From IMG/VR virus record IMGVR_UViG_3300042301_003793: DNA of 64,000 bases; one strand, given 5' to 3'. The notes under the pieces are model-generated. The model made no database searches and was not told the DNA's origin. It saw only the letters and a list, made by a program, of their open reading frames with translations. The translations under genes and the position numbers were made by a program. The DNA is from a virus. Shown here piece by piece: positions 57,773 through 64,000 of the stretch; the first letter of the stretch is position 1; every line of letters begins with the position of its first letter.

Positions 57773-59230
57773 ATGTCGATTCATAATTCATATTTCAGTA
57801 GAAATAATACTATTGTTTATAGTGGTGAAACAAACACGGGTAGAAATCCTATAATTGAGTTATTTTATGCCGATGGAGGTGTAAAAATACCTATTGGGTT
57901 TTCTAGATGTATATTTGATATTGATTTAACAGAACTTCAAGAAAAGTATAACCAAAAAATTATTTCAACTGGCTGTACAACAAATATAAGACACGTATTA
58001 CGTATGATTAATACGTCATCATTTAGTAGAGATTTTTTAAACACAAAAACATCAGAAGAAAAGGAAAGGGCAACATCGTTTGATTTAATTGTCTGGAGAA
58101 TACCTTATGAAGATTTTAATGAAACTTTACCTCAATATTGGGACGAAGGTGTTGGTTATGATTTTTCTGATTTAGATTCCGTACCTGGTGATAGAAATTA
58201 CTCAACAAGACCATCAAATTGGTATTTAAGACAAACTCTTACACCTTGGCAAGAACAAGGTATTTACAATAACGAAAACTACGGAAATTTTCCATTTTCG
58301 GCATTAACAATTGTTGGTATTCAACACTTTGAATTTGGTAATGAAGATTTGGAGATTGATATGACAAGTGAAATTGAAGCGATTTTGGATGGTTCATTTG
58401 TTAATCCAGTTGGTTGGGGGATATCTTTTTTACCTCAACTTGAAAATTTAACTGGGACAACAACATCATATTATGTTGGTTTTTTTTCTAGACATACTCA
58501 AACATTTTATGAACCAAGACTTGAAACAATCTATGATGATTTAATCCAGGATAATAGAAATAACTTTTCATTAGGTAAGGTTAACAAATTATATCTTTAT
58601 ACATATGAGGATGGTGATTTTGTAAATTTGGACGAAATACCAAAAGTAACAATTGCAGATCAAACTGGAACACCAATACCCGGACTTATTAATTTAGATA
58701 GTTGCCAAAGAACAAAAGGTGTTTATGAAATTGCAATACCACCATTATTAAATTATCACTCACCTTGTATTTTTACAGATACTTGGAGTAACATAAAATT
58801 AAATAATTTTTCTTTACCAAATGTTGTTAATGAATTTGTAATCAAACCATTAGAAAGTTCATTACAGTTTGGGACAACAACAAATGATCCATCAATCTAT
58901 GGGTTTGATTTTTATGGTATTAAACAAGATGAAAAAATATTAAATACAGATATCAGAAAAGTTGGTGTGATAATTAAAAAGGCATACACAAAAAACCAAC
59001 AACTACCAAAAGTTGAGGCTTATTATAGGGTGTATGTTAGAGAGGGTCAAACTGAAGTGCAAGTACAAGACTGGACAATGTTAAATAGAACACCAAATGA
59101 ATACTACTTAATTTTTGATACAAGAGATAAGATACCTAATGAATATTATATAGACTTAAAGGTAATTTCTTCTGGTGAAGTAAATACTTATAAAAGAACA
59201 ATAAAGTTTCAAATAGTGAATAAAAAATAA
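57773..59230 (+). CDS. Putative structural protein
   Basis: 485-aa beta-rich ORF next to the baseplate gene, TATTTAT upstream. Confidence 0.55.
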   Translation: MSIHNSYFSRNNTIVYSGETNTGRNPIIELFYADGGVKIPIGFSRCIFDIDLTELQEKYNQKIISTGCTTNIRHVLRMINTSSFSRDFLNTKTSEEKERATSFDLIVWRIPYEDFNETLPQYWDEGVGYDFSDLDSVPGDRNYSTRPSNWYLRQTLTPWQEQGIYNNENYGNFPFSALTIVGIQHFEFGNEDLEIDMTSEIEAILDGSFVNPVGWGISFLPQLENLTGTTTSYYVGFFSRHTQTFYEPRLETIYDDLIQDNRNNFSLGKVNKLYLYTYEDGDFVNLDEIPKVTIADQTGTPIPGLINLDSCQRTKGVYEIAIPPLLNYHSPCIFTDTWSNIKLNNFSLPNVVNEFVIKPLESSLQFGTTTNDPSIYGFDFYGIKQDEKILNTDIRKVGVIIKKAYTKNQQLPKVEAYYRVYVREGQTEVQVQDWTMLNRTPNEYYLIFDTRDKIPNEYYIDLKVISSGEVNTYKRTIKFQIVNKK

Positions 59231-59245
59231 AAAAATATATAAAAA

Positions 59246-59866
59246 ATGGCAACTTATATTATAAACCAATGTTTAACCAATATTTCATATAATGTTTCTG
59301 GAACAACATTTTCAGAAGGAGAAACAATAGGGTTTTTTATTGGTGAAGATTTCTTTTGTGGCATTGTTGGACAAGTAACAACCGAACCTATAACACCACT
59401 TTCATTATACGATTCTACTTTTACAGATTGTTGTGAGTGTTTAAATAGTTTTACAGAATCTTTAAATTTTAAATTTATAAAATGTGGTACATTAGAAGAA
59501 ATTAATATAGAATCAACTAACTTTTGCGAACAATTTGGTACACCAACAACAGGTATTACTTATGAAATACAATTTGATTCTGATGTACCATTTTGTGCAA
59601 CTTTCGAAGGGTTAAGCGAATTGGGTGAAACAAATTATTCATACGTTTCAGGACCTTTTTTAATTTGTGAAGAGTGTGGACAAGAGCCACCAAGAAGTGC
59701 AAATACAGAATCTACAATTTGTGAAATTTGTTGTGATTGTGGTGCAACCGGTAGCACAGTAAATCAAATAACACCACCACATCCAGTTTGGACTGATGGT
59801 TATGGAACTGAAGTAACTCAATTAAATATGGTTACATTAGGTGGACCTAATGGGTTAAACAATTAA
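59246..59866 (+). CDS. Cys-repeat protein (two modules + conserved tail)
   Basis: Two C..C..CxxC modules; C-terminus shared with 59880..62669. Confidence 0.65.
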   Translation: MATYIINQCLTNISYNVSGTTFSEGETIGFFIGEDFFCGIVGQVTTEPITPLSLYDSTFTDCCECLNSFTESLNFKFIKCGTLEEINIESTNFCEQFGTPTTGITYEIQFDSDVPFCATFEGLSELGETNYSYVSGPFLICEECGQEPPRSANTESTICEICCDCGATGSTVNQITPPHPVWTDGYGTEVTQLNMVTLGGPNGLNN

Positions 59867-62590
59867 AAAAATATAAAAAATGGCAAGTAATGCAATTTAT
59901 TGTTATAGTGACATTGAGTTAAATGTAAATTTAAATGGAGAAACAGTTACCGTAGATGAAATCTGGTCGGCTTGGGATGATGTATCATCCCCTGAACAAA
60001 CAAAAAGGTATTGTGTTAAAATGACTGATACTAATGATCCTGGTGGTTCACCATTATTAGTACAATCTTACACAGATTGTTATGATTGTTTAACAAACAA
60101 TTATGCAATATATAATTTTTCTAATTGTATCAGAGGTGGTCTTGATTTAAATTTTATAATAACAGCCGAAGAATTTGGGTCACTACCAAATACAGGGGAA
60201 ATATTTTATATGACAATACAACGAATTGGAAGAAGTGGTCAAATAGAGGAATATACAAGTTGTTTTCAATTTAGAGAGTTAACAATGTTATCTAAAGCGG
60301 ATTATGAAAAAAACCTTAACGCAGGGAGTAGTTTTTTTACACTAACAACAACGCCAGTATTAGAAACAGGTTGTCAAGATTGTCTTGCAAATAATTCTTT
60401 TACATATGAAGTTAAAAGGTGTTTAGGTGGTGATACAGATTATGTGTCATTAATTAATGATACATATATTGGTCATATAATATCTTATTCAAATGGGTTT
60501 GAACAATATTGTGGAACCGTACAACAAATTGGTACTGGAACACCTATTTGGACATTTATTAATGATTATGGTTTAGGTGGCGACGATGGTAGTGCAACTT
60601 GTGATCAGTGTCTTGCAACTGAAAACGAAAAGATATTACTTGTAAGTTGTACAGATTCTGAAGTTTCACAAGTTGTTTGGGCTTCAGCTTTATATGATGG
60701 AGGTGAAGTTTCAAACCTATCATTAGATACTGGTTGTTTTATTGTAAGCGGTTTAACAGAACTTGATGTTACAATAAATACATTTTTAAACTTTGACCCA
60801 CAACCTGGTTGTGAACCTTGTATTGAGTGTAATGGAATTGTTTATTCTTATGAAACTTGTTATGGTGTTTCTGGATTTACAGAACAAGGCTTTATTGGTT
60901 TTGGTAGCGAAAGTGAAGAACCTTTAGCTGTTGGTTATAATCCAGACACACAACATATGTATGTTACAACACAATCAACAAGAATGATTATTATTGATCC
61001 GGGAACAAACACAGAGTCTTCAAGAAATTCAATACCTAATATACAAGCTCAAGATATATTATATTATAATACAGATTTAATGTATCTAACAAATTCAACA
61101 GGTAGTGGTGGTATAATTGGGTACGATACTTCACTTGGTGTTATAGGAACAACAACAGCATATAGTTTAAGTGGTGTATATGTATATTCATATCAACTTG
61201 ATGGCGATTTACCAAATAATAGATTATTTGTTACTTGTAGTGATTATTCTGTAAAAATATTTGATACAAATACAAATACAGTCGCGTCTTCAATCTCAAC
61301 AGCAAGTGGATACCTTGAGCAATTTTTAGCTTACGACCCAATAAACAATGAAATATACACAACCGTAAGTAATTATTATACCGTTGAAGTTTATGATGTT
61401 GCAACACTATCACATTTACAATCAATTGGGTTAACAGATGGGCCATATGATATTGCTTACGCACCAAATAGTAGTAATATGTATGTTACTTGTAGTGGTT
61501 ATAACAATGTAAAAGTAATTGATACAAACACAAAAACGGTTATTAAAACAATTAATACGACAGAAAATCCAGGAAAAATAAGATATAATAGTACTGATGG
61601 TTATATGTATGTAACAACGTCAAGTGGTTTATTAATTATTAACCCGTTAATAGATGAAATTGTAGTACAAACCACTGGTTTAGGTGGTTCAATGTGTTGT
61701 TTTGGTTTTGATTTTTATGGTTTAAATAATAGACCATACGTTAATACAAATGATTATACTGGTGATGACGGTTTAAGGTATTTTGAACTTCAAAACAATG
61801 GTTCACAAAGTGGCTATATTAAATCACACCAATATTTACCAAACAATTCAGTTTTTTACAATCCAGCAATTAATGAATGTTGCAATATTACTGGAACCGC
61901 CTCTGGATATGATGGTGAAGATACATTATATAGTGTTGTTACATTTACAGGAAATGATGACGATTGTTTAGAATGTGCAACTAATGGTCAACCAAATATA
62001 CAAATATGGAACGCGTCAGCATGTACGGCATCAAATGTCTATATTACTCTTTATGTCACAACAGATTTGACAGCAGTACAAGGTGATATTGTTAAAACAA
62101 TGTGGGGATCAAATGAATTTGGTTGTGTTCAATTATTAAATACCGTATCTTCTTATAGTGGTTATTACACTTACTTTAATACACAAAATAATGGTTCTGG
62201 AACAACATTAAGATATGATAGTTGTGAAAATTGTAATTCACAAGGACTTATTGCTGTTACACTTGTAAGTTGTGAGGCACCATATACAGAACAATTTGTT
62301 AGTATAACTTTAAATAATTATTTACAGATTTATAACGTTGGTGGTTTAACAAATTATAGTGTTAGCGACCAAAATGGAAATTGTTTTACAATTACAAATT
62401 TATGCCCAATACCTTTAACTGAAGAAAGTTTTACACCGGTTGAGTTTTATTTGAATTGTTTTATTTGTTCTGATGAAAATCCAGACAATGCTCCAAGAAG
62501 TGCAAATACAGAATCTACAATTTGTGAAATTTGTTGTGATTGTGGTGCAACCGGTAGCACAGTAAATCAAATAACACCACCACATCCAGT
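59690..62590. repeat. Exact 98-bp direct repeat (59690-59787 and 62493-62590)
   Basis: Base-by-base identity from CCAAGAAGTGCAAATAC to CACATCCAGT. Confidence 0.92.
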
Positions 62591-62669
62591 ATGGACAGAC
62601 GGTTATGGTACTCCTGTTACACAACTTAATATGATTGTTCTTGGAGGGCCTAATGGATTAAACGCATAA
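59880..62669 (+). CDS. Cys-repeat protein with inserted YVTN/YncE-like beta-propeller
   Basis: Seven CxxC-ending modules; MYVT, LFVT, IYTT, MYVT blades with VKIFDT/VKVIDT. Confidence 0.65.
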   Translation: MASNAIYCYSDIELNVNLNGETVTVDEIWSAWDDVSSPEQTKRYCVKMTDTNDPGGSPLLVQSYTDCYDCLTNNYAIYNFSNCIRGGLDLNFIITAEEFGSLPNTGEIFYMTIQRIGRSGQIEEYTSCFQFRELTMLSKADYEKNLNAGSSFFTLTTTPVLETGCQDCLANNSFTYEVKRCLGGDTDYVSLINDTYIGHIISYSNGFEQYCGTVQQIGTGTPIWTFINDYGLGGDDGSATCDQCLATENEKILLVSCTDSEVSQVVWASALYDGGEVSNLSLDTGCFIVSGLTELDVTINTFLNFDPQPGCEPCIECNGIVYSYETCYGVSGFTEQGFIGFGSESEEPLAVGYNPDTQHMYVTTQSTRMIIIDPGTNTESSRNSIPNIQAQDILYYNTDLMYLTNSTGSGGIIGYDTSLGVIGTTTAYSLSGVYVYSYQLDGDLPNNRLFVTCSDYSVKIFDTNTNTVASSISTASGYLEQFLAYDPINNEIYTTVSNYYTVEVYDVATLSHLQSIGLTDGPYDIAYAPNSSNMYVTCSGYNNVKVIDTNTKTVIKTINTTENPGKIRYNSTDGYMYVTTSSGLLIINPLIDEIVVQTTGLGGSMCCFGFDFYGLNNRPYVNTNDYTGDDGLRYFELQNNGSQSGYIKSHQYLPNNSVFYNPAINECCNITGTASGYDGEDTLYSVVTFTGNDDDCLECATNGQPNIQIWNASACTASNVYITLYVTTDLTAVQGDIVKTMWGSNEFGCVQLLNTVSSYSGYYTYFNTQNNGSGTTLRYDSCENCNSQGLIAVTLVSCEAPYTEQFVSITLNNYLQIYNVGGLTNYSVSDQNGNCFTITNLCPIPLTEESFTPVEFYLNCFICSDENPDNAPRSANTESTICEICCDCGATGSTVNQITPPHPVWTDGYGTPVTQLNMIVLGGPNGLNA

Positions 62670-62673
62670 TAAT

Positions 62674-63138
62674 ATGAAGAATTTAGATAGAATAATTAGA
62701 AAAGTTTTAAGAGAAGAAGAACATGGGTCATCAAGATATATGTTCTTCTCAAATCTTCAACAAATGAGAAGACAGTGTGATTTATTGTTAGATTTAGACC
62801 AACAAATGGTAGAATCTATTTTAGAAAACGGTCACGATTGGGCTCAAGACCATATAGCCGAAGCAAAAAATAATATGGATCAAGTATTTGATTTTATTAT
62901 GAACGAATCAAAAAAGGATGGTATGGAAATGTCTATGAATATTGATGATAAGGATATGGTTATGTCAGAAGGAAGAAAGAAAACCGGAACAAAACTATGT
63001 GCCAGAGGAAAAGCTGCGGCTAAAGCTAAGTATGATGTTTACCCCAGCGCATATTCAAATGGCTACGGAATTCAGGTTTGCCAAGGAAAAAAACCTGGAC
63101 TTGATGGTAAAAAACATTGTTCTGGAGTTTATTGTTAA
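62674..63138 (+). CDS. Hypothetical protein (possible internal head protein)
   Basis: IIRKVLREE N-terminus, modular segments. Confidence 0.6.
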   Translation: MKNLDRIIRKVLREEEHGSSRYMFFSNLQQMRRQCDLLLDLDQQMVESILENGHDWAQDHIAEAKNNMDQVFDFIMNESKKDGMEMSMNIDDKDMVMSEGRKKTGTKLCARGKAAAKAKYDVYPSAYSNGYGIQVCQGKKPGLDGKKHCSGVYC

Positions 63139-63154
63139 AAAAATATCAAAATAG

Positions 63155-63187
63155 TTTGGTGTTGTAATTATTTTTTCTGTATCTTTG
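63155..63187 (+). promoter_or_regulatory. Bacteroidota-type housekeeping promoter
   Basis: TTTG (63155-63158), 21 nt, TATCTTTG (63180-63187), matching TTTG-N19-21-TAnnTTTG. Confidence 0.55.
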
Positions 63188-63205
63188 TATTATTAAAATA
63201 AAGAT

Positions 63206-63637
63206 ATGACAAAAAGAATAATTAGATTTTTTAAAAGATTAAAACTTAGATTTTATTTATTTGGTAAAAAAGGTAAGATGTTTAAAACATATGAAGAAGA
63301 AGTTTCCTCATATGAAAAGACATGTTTCCAGATTTGTTTACAAATGATAAAACACCCATCAACCAAATTTATGATTGCACCAATGTCTAATAAAAGGTAT
63401 ATTGAAAATAAAGAAATGGACCTTTTTATTACGATGGACTATGGTAGAGTTGATATTACGAATCACGTATACCATTATAGTGTAAAATTGACAGGTAGAG
63501 ATTGGGAAAGAGTTACATATATTTATGATATGGAAACAGAAAAAAGACGTTTAAAATATGAAGAAATAATCAACTCTCAGATTAAAAATTCATTACACAA
63601 TGTATTAGAGAGAATTTCAAATAATGTTAACAAATAA
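63206..63637 (+). CDS. Hypothetical protein
   Basis: 143-aa ORF. Confidence 0.65.
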   Translation: MTKRIIRFFKRLKLRFYLFGKKGKMFKTYEEEVSSYEKTCFQICLQMIKHPSTKFMIAPMSNKRYIENKEMDLFITMDYGRVDITNHVYHYSVKLTGRDWERVTYIYDMETEKRRLKYEEIINSQIKNSLHNVLERISNNVNK

Positions 63638-63647
63638 TTTATATAAT

Positions 63648-63905
63648 ATGAAAAAGTTAGTTTTAGTTTTCACAATGTTTTTAGCTTTGAACTCATTTGG
63701 TCAAACCGTAGAAAACAATCATTCAGAAAATATTGTTTCGGATACCATAAATGTTATGGGTCAACATTTAAATTTCACTTCAGAATATTCTAAAGAAATG
63801 GAAACGTGGTCTAAAGAAAGATTAGAACATTTTAACAAAACTTTTGTATATACTAGAGGTAATTTTAGAATACCAGATAAACCTCTTACATTATATAAAC
63901 CTTAA
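63648..63905 (+). CDS. Small secreted hypothetical protein (start probably 63648)
   Basis: MKKLVLVFTMFLALNSFG-Q signal peptide. Confidence 0.6.
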   Translation: MKKLVLVFTMFLALNSFGQTVENNHSENIVSDTINVMGQHLNFTSEYSKEMETWSKERLEHFNKTFVYTRGNFRIPDKPLTLYKP

Positions 63906-64000
63906 TTTATAGACTATTAAAGTATGTTTCCCAAGATGGGTCAGTACCATAATCCATAGAACAAAAATATAAATGACTTTTTCTAAGACCAATTAAAAAC

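Noticed and set aside
59690-62669. Repeat pair as the template/variable region of a diversity-generating retroelement
   Set aside because: Differences are not adenine-specific and are mostly synonymous, both copies are coding, and no reverse transcriptase is in the window
1-64000. Stop-codon reassignment as in some large phages
   Set aside because: Genes tile densely in the standard code and end at TAA, TAG (2448, 53659) and TGA (5755, 18728) at sensible positions
1-64000. Giant eukaryotic virus or bacterial chromosome origin
   Set aside because: gp13/gp14-like neck, gp55-like sigma and gp5-like hub genes indicate a tailed phage
1-64000. tRNA, rRNA or known riboswitch
   Set aside because: Intergenic gaps are short and AT-rich with no cloverleaf or recognisable aptamer by eye; tRNAscan/Infernal not run
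63907-64000. 3' end of a minus-strand ORF at the window edge (..FLIGLRKSHLYFCSMDYGTDPSWETYFNSL)
   Set aside because: Too little sequence to support a call

Overview
AT-rich, gene-dense segment of a large tailed bacteriophage genome (jumbo-phage-like, T4-related myovirus gene types), read in the standard genetic code. Indirect signs point to a Bacteroidota host. Core genes include T4 gp13- and gp14-like neck proteins, an SNF2 helicase, family B DNA polymerase, dUTPase, PhoH, a gp55-like sigma factor and a gp5-like baseplate hub protein. The dominant feature is a large glycan-building apparatus in two clusters. (1) At 13.9-22.1 kb, a minus-strand cluster lies between three Ser/Gly-repeat fibre-like genes and contains a Thr-Pro mucin-like gene. 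It encodes a GT60-like protein GlcNAc-transferase, a TibC/BAHT-like protein glycosyltransferase, GT8, GT9-like and HtrL-GT2 enzymes, and a sulfation module (HxGH nucleotidyltransferase, APS kinase, sulfotransferase). (2) At 35.8-52.9 kb, a plus-strand cluster encodes about nine more glycosyltransferases, two O-methyltransferases, an O-acetyltransferase and a Gmd/ColD/Fcl-like set consistent with GDP-colitose or GDP-fucose synthesis. The best hypothesis is a phage-encoded system that glycosylates virion proteins with sulfated, methylated and acetylated glycans. Other notable items are a Mn-type SOD fused between an HExxH domain and a nuclease-like domain, an RHH+HNH mobile cassette, a LamG-like protein fused to a papain-like protease, Cys-repeat proteins sharing a 98-bp identical tract, and a recurrent TATTTAT upstream motif. 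All family calls come from motif recognition by eye; no database searches were run. No tRNA, rRNA or CRISPR array was seen.
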